DNA from: a virus
Virus record (IMG/VR): IMGVR_UViG_3300034031_000030
Coordinates: 1 to 58,438 of that record
DNA length: 58,438 nucleotides
Strand: one strand, 5' to 3'
Shown: positions 46,758-54,488 of the stretch, one piece after another
Numbering within the stretch: the first letter of the stretch is position 1
Layout of the letters: each line of letters starts with the position of its first letter
Made by a program: the position numbers and the translations under genes
The notes under the pieces: model-generated
The model's input: only the letters and a program-made list of their open reading frames with translations
The model's database searches: none
Told to the model about the DNA's origin: nothing

Positions 46758-48899
46758 ATGCCAAATACTCCCATTCCCGCCAATGCTTCTGCCGCCGCAC
46801 TCCCGACGCCGACACAACCAGCGGCGCTCACGATGCTGGCGAACGTGCTTGAACGCAGCCTTACCAAAGCCTTTGTTTCGAAAGCATTCTCCAACGCGGT
46901 AAATCCCGGACGATCCGTTTCGTCTGTTGGCACGAGTCCACTCGGCCAATTTTTGTCGCAGATTCAGTCCCGTGCCTCCCAGCCTTTAGTCCAACTCGGG
47001 CAACAGCGTGCCGGTATCAGTCGCTCCGTCAAGACGCTTTTCAGCGCGCCACCTTCTACACACTCTGTGGTTTCCGTGGGCAGCACAGTGCTGAATCGTT
47101 TTCTGACGCAAACCCAGGCCCGCACGTCACAACCAGTGACCCAAGTCACGCAAAGCCACGCGCAGTTGCTCACAGGCATCAATCGCTCCGTGCAGGCCTT
47201 AAATGACCGCTGGCGCCTCGCAGGGCAGGGCAGGGACGCAATGGGGCGAGTCACCGGAATAAACAGCCCGGTTGGGCGCGTTGCACAAACCGTGGGGCTG
47301 GGACCGGCTTATCGCACGGGCCGCACGGCGCTGCAGCAGCACGTCACGCCTCACCTCACCTCTGGCTCGGCTCATCTGTCCAGCTTGTTTGCCGGTGCGC
47401 GCAGTTCGCTTCAAAACATCGGCACCCGCTGGAACCAGAGCGGGCAGCAGCGTGATGCTCAGGGCCGTTTTCTGGGTAATCAGCCGAACTTCGGTTCGCG
47501 CGTGTTTCAGACGATGGGCCTCGGCGATTTATATAACGCCGGGCGCAGTGCCTCTGGAACCGGTGGTGGTGCAGTGGCAGCCGGTGGAGCCGCTCTCAGC
47601 TTCTTGACCAATCGAAGCGGTGGCGGCGGGCTCCTCGGTTTAATTCTCGCGCCGGTAAAAATCGCTGCCGGCATTTTTGCCGGTGCGCTTGCCGTCGGCT
47701 CGGGCGCCCTGTTTTTGTTCGTTCGAAGCGTCCAGGGGATGACGCGAGAGATGGTCCAGGTCGCACGCGAAATCACAGCGATCCGTAACAACACCGGGCG
47801 TGGCATCGGCGACTCGATGAAGGGCTACTTCGGCCTTCGTGCTGCGGGATTCTCCGGCGCGTCTGCGTCGGGCTTTCTGTCGCAGGCCGGACCGCTCGGT
47901 GACGCACGATCGCGCGCCTGGAACCTGCCATCGATGACCGATCCGGGCTTCGCGCTGCGCCTGGCCGAAAAGAGCCAGGGCATGAGCTTTTTTGGCCGTA
48001 AAGCGATGCTGGAAAGCATCAGCGGCGGTCAGGCTTCGCCCGAATTGCTCCAGCTCGCCAACTCGCGTCCCGAGTCCATCAAGCGTGAACAGGGATTTCT
48101 TGCGCGGACGCAGAATGCGCTCGGCGTCACGCCGGAAGCGATTCGTCGTTTGTCCGACGAGTGGCCGCTCTTTCAGAACCGCGTATCGATGTTCACCGAA
48201 ACCGTAAAGATGCGTTTCATCTCCTCGATGCTTCCTTTGATGGAGCAGGGGATGGACCGTCTTTCGGTTGTCCTCGAAAGCAACTCCGGGCGCATCAGCA
48301 AAGCGATCGAAAATGGCACGCGCTGGCTTTACGTTGATTTGCCCGGTCATCTGGTGACGGGCGCCCGCGTCGGGCTAAATGCCATCGAGATGATTTCGGA
48401 AGGCTTCTTCAATTTTGCGGACGGCCTTGCCGGTTTCTTGCGCGCGATCGGGGAAGGGCAGAGCGGGCTGTTTTCTTTCTTCGAGTTCATCGGCAGCGTC
48501 ATCGACTCGATGATGGCCAGTGCAAAGTTCTTGGGCTTGACCGACAAACAGACCGACATCGCCGGCGATATGCAGAACTGGCGGAACTCCGGCACTCCTG
48601 AAAACTTGGCGAAGAACATCGAAGCCTTCACCCAGTCCGGGCGCGATAAGACGGGCAGCGCCCTCGATTGGGCGCGCGGCGTTCTAGACGAAACGGATAA
48701 GTTCCTTGGCTCACGCGATCAGCGCGACGCTGATTTCTCATCGAGTCTGAAGGAATTGACGGCTGCCACAAAAGATGGTCATGCAAAAATCGTCGGCGCG
48801 ATCGAGAAAACCAATGAAAGTGGACAGGGCACCGACAGCGTTTTGCAGGCTCTCAAAGGCCACATTGGAAAGGAATCGTTTATTGTGGCTTCTCGCTAG
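46758..48899 (+). CDS. Tail tape measure protein
   Basis: 713 aa, positioned after the chaperone frameshift pair. It has internal sequence repeats and a central hydrophobic Gly-rich block (GGGLLGLILAPVKIAAGIFAGALAVGSGALFLF). Confidence 0.85.
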   Translation: MPNTPIPANASAAALPTPTQPAALTMLANVLERSLTKAFVSKAFSNAVNPGRSVSSVGTSPLGQFLSQIQSRASQPLVQLGQQRAGISRSVKTLFSAPPSTHSVVSVGSTVLNRFLTQTQARTSQPVTQVTQSHAQLLTGINRSVQALNDRWRLAGQGRDAMGRVTGINSPVGRVAQTVGLGPAYRTGRTALQQHVTPHLTSGSAHLSSLFAGARSSLQNIGTRWNQSGQQRDAQGRFLGNQPNFGSRVFQTMGLGDLYNAGRSASGTGGGAVAAGGAALSFLTNRSGGGGLLGLILAPVKIAAGIFAGALAVGSGALFLFVRSVQGMTREMVQVAREITAIRNNTGRGIGDSMKGYFGLRAAGFSGASASGFLSQAGPLGDARSRAWNLPSMTDPGFALRLAEKSQGMSFFGRKAMLESISGGQASPELLQLANSRPESIKREQGFLARTQNALGVTPEAIRRLSDEWPLFQNRVSMFTETVKMRFISSMLPLMEQGMDRLSVVLESNSGRISKAIENGTRWLYVDLPGHLVTGARVGLNAIEMISEGFFNFADGLAGFLRAIGEGQSGLFSFFEFIGSVIDSMMASAKFLGLTDKQTDIAGDMQNWRNSGTPENLAKNIEAFTQSGRDKTGSALDWARGVLDETDKFLGSRDQRDADFSSSLKELTAATKDGHAKIVGAIEKTNESGQGTDSVLQALKGHIGKESFIVASR

Positions 48900-48925
48900 A
48901 GTACGGTCAAAATCGACCGTACTCT
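48898..48925. terminator. Class I palindromic element
   Basis: AGAGTACGGTCAAAATCGACCGTACTCT overlaps the tape-measure stop codon. Confidence 0.6.
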
Positions 48926-48933
48926 GTCTCCAA

Positions 48934-48952
48934 TTATGAACCTGGTTCACAT
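48934..48952. repeat. Class II palindrome (TTATGAACCTGGTTCACAT)
   Basis: The right arm is perfect. Directly followed by TTAGAAG. Confidence 0.85.
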
Positions 48953-48970
48953 TTAGAAGACCCGAACGAA

Positions 48971-50344
48971 ATGGCATACACAACATTTGAATCTATCGGT
49001 GGCGGTGAGAATGGCACAGAAATCGGCGAATTGCCGATCGAAGATATCGCCGAAGCTCTGGCCTACCGCAAAGCCCTCGAAGTGCAGGTGTTTCTCGATC
49101 CGGGCGACTTTGGCGTGTCCTTCAAGGATCTCACCGGCCGCTGGCGCGTGCGCGTTCGCCTCAACGGAAACCGCGACTCAACCGGCGCTTACACCGCTCC
49201 AATCATCTTCGAGCAGACAATCGAATGGACCGCGCGCGTCTTCGCCCTGGCCTTAGGCGGCGGCCTCACTCTCGTTACCTGGCAGCCGCTCGGTGACGGT
49301 GGATCAGGAAAGCAACAAACCTCGATTGTCGCCGGGCAGGCTTGCGCTGTCGTCGATGATGTCAATGACCTGGCGCAAATGGCGGCCTATGGCGCGACCG
49401 GCGCCTGGCGTTTTCTCGACACGGTTTCGTTTCTCCCGACCGCAACGCCGCGCCACAAATTCGACGCGGAAAAGGGCTTCACTATTTTTACGGCCGAAGG
49501 CGCGGCTACGGTCGGCGGCTACAGCTTTCACGCGGTTTATCAAAGCCCTTATTACCGCTACGAAGCCCCGAATAGGAGCATCCTCGAAACGGTTTTCGAC
49601 AACTGGCAAAGCTCCCTCCTCACCGAAGCGCGCTACACCGTTTCACAGCGCAAAGGCGCAAGCGGCGAGGCGTTGCTCTTCGACGAGCGCACCGGCGCGC
49701 ACTGGAGATTATTCGTAGATCGGCTTGTTGGCACCAGCCGCCTGCAGATCATCCGGTCACGCCAGGTGCGCGGCGTGCTGGAACGAACCGACACCCAGTT
49801 CGGGCAGGGGATAAGCCTCGAAACAGAAAAACTCGATGACGGCGATAACGGTGTGCTCGAAACCGACACCCGGCTGCGCGGCATTCAACTCAAGCGGTTG
49901 CCCGGAGGCGCGATGATCGCCGTCGGCGCGACTGGCGGGCAGGGTTCCCTGCTCCGGGCATTTGTGACAACCGACGAAGGCGAAAACTGGGAGCGAGTGA
50001 TGAATCAACTATTAAACATTAACCCTCTGGCAATGTGCGTTTTGAAAGACGCCGCGCGAATGCTGGTTTACGGCACGAACGAGCAGGGCAATGCCGCCTA
50101 CTCGCTTTTGTCATTTGGCAAAGTAACGCTCGACGATGGCAGCGAAGACAACGGCTGGCGCGCGGTCGAGGGTGGCACCGTGACCGGGCCTGCGGGTGTC
50201 ACAATGCCGACACGAAATGTGAGCCTCACGATTGGTGATGGTGGTGTGGTGCGCCTACTTTCGCGCGATGCAACGGCGGGCACGTTGTTGACCTTGATCT
50301 CGCGTGACAGCGGAAAGAGTTACGAAAAAGAGGCAACCTCCTGA
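48971..50344 (+). CDS. Distal tail protein candidate with BNR/Asp-box-like motifs
   Basis: TTDEGENWERV and SRDSGKSYEK fit S/T-x-D-x-G-x-x-W/Y. Positioned after the tape measure. Confidence 0.55.
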   Translation: MAYTTFESIGGGENGTEIGELPIEDIAEALAYRKALEVQVFLDPGDFGVSFKDLTGRWRVRVRLNGNRDSTGAYTAPIIFEQTIEWTARVFALALGGGLTLVTWQPLGDGGSGKQQTSIVAGQACAVVDDVNDLAQMAAYGATGAWRFLDTVSFLPTATPRHKFDAEKGFTIFTAEGAATVGGYSFHAVYQSPYYRYEAPNRSILETVFDNWQSSLLTEARYTVSQRKGASGEALLFDERTGAHWRLFVDRLVGTSRLQIIRSRQVRGVLERTDTQFGQGISLETEKLDDGDNGVLETDTRLRGIQLKRLPGGAMIAVGATGGQGSLLRAFVTTDEGENWERVMNQLLNINPLAMCVLKDAARMLVYGTNEQGNAAYSLLSFGKVTLDDGSEDNGWRAVEGGTVTGPAGVTMPTRNVSLTIGDGGVVRLLSRDATAGTLLTLISRDSGKSYEKEATS

Positions 50345-52878
50345 TGAATCCAGTTCTCGAAGCTCAACATGGCAATCTGCGCGTCCTGATCTGGCCGGTT
50401 GACCCTGATGCCGCGTTTCGCCGTCCCTGCGCCCTGTTAGAGAATTACGCCGGCTTTTTGCTGCCTGACCGCGGCGAATCTCAGGGCGATGCTCTGGGAC
50501 TGCCGGACTCGTTTACTTCACTGGAGTGGCAGGGGCAGCAATATCTCGAAGAAGTGACCGGACCGCTCGAATGGGTTCGCTTCGCGCCTGGTGGCGTTCT
50601 CGAAAAAGGTGTTCGCCGCGCCGCTATTTCGAAGCCGCAAAACGAGCTGTGTGGCTGGACGGTGCGACCGCTGTTGACGCGTTTGCATTCACGGATCACC
50701 AACGAAGCAGCGCCGTTGCCTGGCTCTCCTAACTACGATCTACGCCCGCGTCTTCCGGCGGGTGAAGTCGTCGATTGGAAAGGCGTGCAGGGCGAGTCGT
50801 GGGAAAGCCTGTTGCCCGCAACGCATCCGTTGTGGGGTGGAATCCGTCATCGAGAGGCGCCTGCGAATCGCACTGTCAAAGCGGCCACTGAAAAGCCGTG
50901 GCTCAAAGATGCGGCGATCGCCGTCGAGTTCGATTTCGACGGCGTTGCCTGGGGTCACGAAGGAGATCCGGCCCTGCGTTTCGAGTGGGGCGGCAACTAT
51001 TCGTTTCTTTTGCGCGGGCTGGGTGCGCGTGCCAGGCCCGTTGTCGAGCGCCGGGCCGCTGGGCCAAGTGGCAAGCTCGATTGGCGTCCGTGGCGCACGC
51101 TCGACGACGCAGCTCCCCTGGATGCAAAATTCTGGTCGAGCCGCCACGTCGTTCTGATTTACCGGCTCGCCGGATGGCTGGTGGTAGAAATCGATGGCAC
51201 GGCAGTCTGGATCGGTGATGTCAAAGATGGCGGCTTCAAGCCCGTCCAATGGAAGGCCGCTCCGCTTCGCTTATCGGTCGTCGGCGTCGATGTGAGCCTG
51301 CGCCTCGCGGAACTCGATTGCAGCCGTCCTGCCGGCTTCAAAAGAGAGGCGTCGGTATCAAGCGCACCTTCATTTCCGCAAAACCTGATTGTTCGTGGAA
51401 CCCGCGTTCTGCGCAAAGGCGCCGGAGCGCTACAGACACGGGCCGCCATGCACGGTACCAATTTGGAGAAAACCAAGATCGTGGCCGACTGGATCAACGC
51501 CGGTGGCGAAGGTCGTGTCGATTACGAAGCGACGCTTCAGGGCACTAAATCTTCGCCGCCGTTGCTGTGCTCCTTTGCGGCCCAGTTCCCACCTACCGCG
51601 CCCTCTGAGCCGCTGCCACCCGTGGATATACGACCGGCTCTTGAATCGGTGTCTGTCGAAACTGGCGACGCCGAAACCCTGCCCAGTGCCGAAGCCCGGA
51701 TGCAGATCTCTATCGCCATGCTGGAGCGCCATGTTCCCGGATGGCAGTCCGCCGTCCTTCCGTTTCGACCGGTTCTGATTCAGAGTGACGAACAGAAGAC
51801 CGGCCAATGGAAAGACGAATTCTTTGGCTATCTATTGCCCGATGGCGCCGCAGCCAGTGGATTCAACGACGCCAGTATCAGTTGCATCGCGCGTGACCCC
51901 AAACTCAAGGTGCGCGAACCGGCGGCCCTGGTAGATGGACGCTTTGCCCCTCTCGACCTGCATCTTGATGATGATGGGGGAGATATCTACGGCTGCCAGT
52001 GCGCGCAGAAGCTGCTCGGGCTGGAACTCGGGCCGGAAGTCGTGACGACATTCAACGGCAACGGCGATCCTTTTCGTTATCTACAGCCTGGACATTACCC
52101 GCTGCAAAGTTCTTCAGGCGTGGATTATTTCACCGCAACTGAGGTTCCGTCTCAAGGCGGATTTCGACTCCCTCCTCCTTTTGGAGAGGATATCGAAAAG
52201 TGGATAAAACGGCTGGAAGGTTTCGACCACGCCGTATGCTTTCACGATGTCGCCGAAGGCCCAGACAACGGAAGCGATGACCTCGGAAGCAGCCGGATGA
52301 GAGGAGCTTTTATTTACGGCCACGTTGAGATGCTCTTTGCAGCGCGCGACGCCATTTACGAGCTGCACTCATCGACTGCCGGCGCAAATATGGGAGATAG
52401 CCTCAACGTATGGCCACTGCTGTCCCGGATGAGCGCGCAAGGTCTGTTAGAAAGCGCTTTCACTCGCGTGCAAGTATGGGGTGTGGCGTCCGAAGCCGAC
52501 GCGCAATTTGTTCCTTCGCTGTTTGTCGGTTCCTACAAACCCCGCAACGACCTTTCTTCTCTCGACCCACTTTCCGAAGTCCAGTCGTGGCCGCGCACCT
52601 TTCTGCTTCGCCAAGAGTTCATCGGGCGCTCGACCGCGCTACAGGATTACGCTGACGCCCTGGCCTTTTCGATCTGGAGTGAGTTCGGAGGACGTGCTCC
52701 TGAGCGCTGGGAGTTCACGCTCGAAGATCAAATTCTGCCGGCGCGCTGGGGCGAAAAGCTGCTCTTCGCCGACAAAGAGTTGCGCGTGGTTCACGTTCGA
52801 AAGTCTTGGACATTCGGCGTGGGATCGAAGCGTTCAACATCGATCACCGCGCGATCACTATCCGCGCGAGGTCTGTAG
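50344..52878 (+). CDS. Large tail tip / hub candidate
   Basis: 844 aa, TGATGA-coupled to the preceding gene. Function inferred from position only. Confidence 0.55.
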   Translation: MNPVLEAQHGNLRVLIWPVDPDAAFRRPCALLENYAGFLLPDRGESQGDALGLPDSFTSLEWQGQQYLEEVTGPLEWVRFAPGGVLEKGVRRAAISKPQNELCGWTVRPLLTRLHSRITNEAAPLPGSPNYDLRPRLPAGEVVDWKGVQGESWESLLPATHPLWGGIRHREAPANRTVKAATEKPWLKDAAIAVEFDFDGVAWGHEGDPALRFEWGGNYSFLLRGLGARARPVVERRAAGPSGKLDWRPWRTLDDAAPLDAKFWSSRHVVLIYRLAGWLVVEIDGTAVWIGDVKDGGFKPVQWKAAPLRLSVVGVDVSLRLAELDCSRPAGFKREASVSSAPSFPQNLIVRGTRVLRKGAGALQTRAAMHGTNLEKTKIVADWINAGGEGRVDYEATLQGTKSSPPLLCSFAAQFPPTAPSEPLPPVDIRPALESVSVETGDAETLPSAEARMQISIAMLERHVPGWQSAVLPFRPVLIQSDEQKTGQWKDEFFGYLLPDGAAASGFNDASISCIARDPKLKVREPAALVDGRFAPLDLHLDDDGGDIYGCQCAQKLLGLELGPEVVTTFNGNGDPFRYLQPGHYPLQSSSGVDYFTATEVPSQGGFRLPPPFGEDIEKWIKRLEGFDHAVCFHDVAEGPDNGSDDLGSSRMRGAFIYGHVEMLFAARDAIYELHSSTAGANMGDSLNVWPLLSRMSAQGLLESAFTRVQVWGVASEADAQFVPSLFVGSYKPRNDLSSLDPLSEVQSWPRTFLLRQEFIGRSTALQDYADALAFSIWSEFGGRAPERWEFTLEDQILPARWGEKLLFADKELRVVHVRKSWTFGVGSKRSTSITARSLSARGL

Positions 52879-52963
52879 CCGGGAGAGCCGCTAAAAACTC
52901 AGATTGCCGTGCGCGATTTTCAGGTGTCTCGCCGTGACACAATGAATGGGACAATTTTTCAGA

Positions 52964-52982
52964 ATGTGAACCAGGTTCACAT
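52964..52982. repeat. Class II palindrome, perfect, plus an extra half-site GTTCACAT at 52987-52994
   Basis: ATGTGAACCAGGTTCACATtttcGTTCACAT. Confidence 0.95.
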
Positions 52983-52999
52983 TTTCGTTCACATTTCCC

Positions 53000-53221
53000 A
53001 TGGATTTACGTCACAGCCAAAACGCGGTCGTGGCGCGGGCCGTCTCCCAGGCGGCGACCGCCAATCACACCCGCTCCCGCGTCTCCAGCGCTGCTTCACA
53101 TAGCGGAGCCATCAACACCCTGCGAAACCCTGATTCCATCGTTGAAGAGGAACTGGGTGCGCCTGCCGAAGCCTTGCGCTGTGGCGTGCAGGCGATTGAA
53201 GACGCGGTGCTCGGGCCGTGA
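53000..53221 (+). CDS. Hypothetical small protein
   Basis: ATG directly after the class II site. Weak RBS. Confidence 0.35.
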   Translation: MDLRHSQNAVVARAVSQAATANHTRSRVSSAASHSGAINTLRNPDSIVEEELGAPAEALRCGVQAIEDAVLGP

Positions 53222-53245
53222 GGCCCTGTCATCCAGGAGTTCCCC

Positions 53246-53506
53246 ATGACGCTCAGAGATTACTATCTGTGGGAAGCAGAAGGACGCCCGCTTCCGCAGG
53301 CCAACTATCCCCACTGGGTCTGCCTCGATTGCGCTCTGGCCGCCGGTGGACGTGCGCCGACGCTGGCGACATTTCACAACGATCAGTGCGACGTTTGCAA
53401 ACAGGAAAAAGCAGTTTCACAGCCGCGCGATTTCGGCTACCCGCAATTTGAAATTTCGGCTGAATGCTCGGTCGAAGAATCCAAACTTTCTCCTACAACA
53501 CCATGA
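53246..53506 (+). CDS. Hypothetical small Cys-containing protein
   Basis: AGGAG RBS. Contains CLDCA...CDVCK. Confidence 0.55.
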   Translation: MTLRDYYLWEAEGRPLPQANYPHWVCLDCALAAGGRAPTLATFHNDQCDVCKQEKAVSQPRDFGYPQFEISAECSVEESKLSPTTP

Positions 53507-54453
53507 GCTACGGCATAAAAACAAATTACCTTCTGTCCACGCCTGTCTCCCCTGTGGACCTGAACCGACGTGGCGATGTGCTGCAGGCGCAGCTGCCCGG
53601 TGCTTTGCGTGCGGCCGGCGGCCGTCCGGGCGTCTTGCCTCCTGTCGATTACGACTTCTCTGCAGCTCCGCCGATTCTGGACCTGACCGTTGATGACGAC
53701 ACAGTGACCGCCGGCGCTGCACTCATCAACAGCGAAACAGCCGGCGCATTCATCTTCGTGTCCGTGCCTGAACCGGGTTTGCTTATCCCTGATCGCGGCG
53801 ATGGATTGTATCTGCATCTCGCATTGCGCCTGGTGGCCGATGGCTCGATCGGCGGTCCTAGCGATACCAAGGGAACGGATTCCAGGCGCGGAGCCGTGCC
53901 CGTTCTGCTGATTTCAGAGGATGCGGACGAAACCGACGCTCTGCTTCTGGCTGCGTGGAACGACGTGGACGAAAAGTGGGATGATGCGCGCGAGTTCGTC
54001 TCCGTTGCGGCTCTCGCTCTTGCCCTGACGCAGATTCAAAGCGACCTCGGATATGACGAAGACCAACGCGCCAAAGGCACTGTGGCCGCGCGGCTCGACG
54101 GTCTAGAAGACACAGGTACTGAACCGGGCGGAGACGATGTGAGCCTCCAGATTCAGGTCAATGCCCTGAAACTCACAGTGAATGACCTACTCAGGCGCGT
54201 CGGCATTCTTGAAGCGGCGTCTGGAGAAGGGGCTGAATTATTTCCCCAACCGTTCGACACCCTCTCCGACAACTTGATGCTTGTCGCAGCAACCACCTTC
54301 GAGCTAAGCCCGCACGGCGTCGAGCGCCCACAAATGGCGATCGTGGGTCAGAATTTTGGCCATGCACAGAACAGCACTCCAGACTTTACGCCCGATACGG
54401 GCGACGTTCGTGAGCTGCCGTTTGACCCTGCGACGGGATTGTTCGGCACCTAA
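53503..54453 (+). CDS. Hypothetical tail fibre-associated protein
   Basis: ATGA coupling. Coiled-coil-like LQIQVNALKLTVNDLLRRVGILE. Confidence 0.55.
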   Translation: MSYGIKTNYLLSTPVSPVDLNRRGDVLQAQLPGALRAAGGRPGVLPPVDYDFSAAPPILDLTVDDDTVTAGAALINSETAGAFIFVSVPEPGLLIPDRGDGLYLHLALRLVADGSIGGPSDTKGTDSRRGAVPVLLISEDADETDALLLAAWNDVDEKWDDAREFVSVAALALALTQIQSDLGYDEDQRAKGTVAARLDGLEDTGTEPGGDDVSLQIQVNALKLTVNDLLRRVGILEAASGEGAELFPQPFDTLSDNLMLVAATTFELSPHGVERPQMAIVGQNFGHAQNSTPDFTPDTGDVRELPFDPATGLFGT

Positions 54454-54458
54454 TCAAC

Positions 54459-54481
54459 AGCGGTCGAATTCGACCGGACTC
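54459..54481. terminator. Class I palindromic element (variant arms)
   Basis: AGCGGTCGAATTCGACCGGACTC followed by TTTTCCC. Confidence 0.55.
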
Positions 54482-54488
54482 TTTTCCC

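Noticed and set aside
6323-54481. Class I and class II repeats considered as a CRISPR array.
   Set aside because: The copies are dispersed over the whole genome at irregular distances (hundreds to thousands of bp) and sit between or inside genes. There is no repeat-spacer periodicity and no cas genes.
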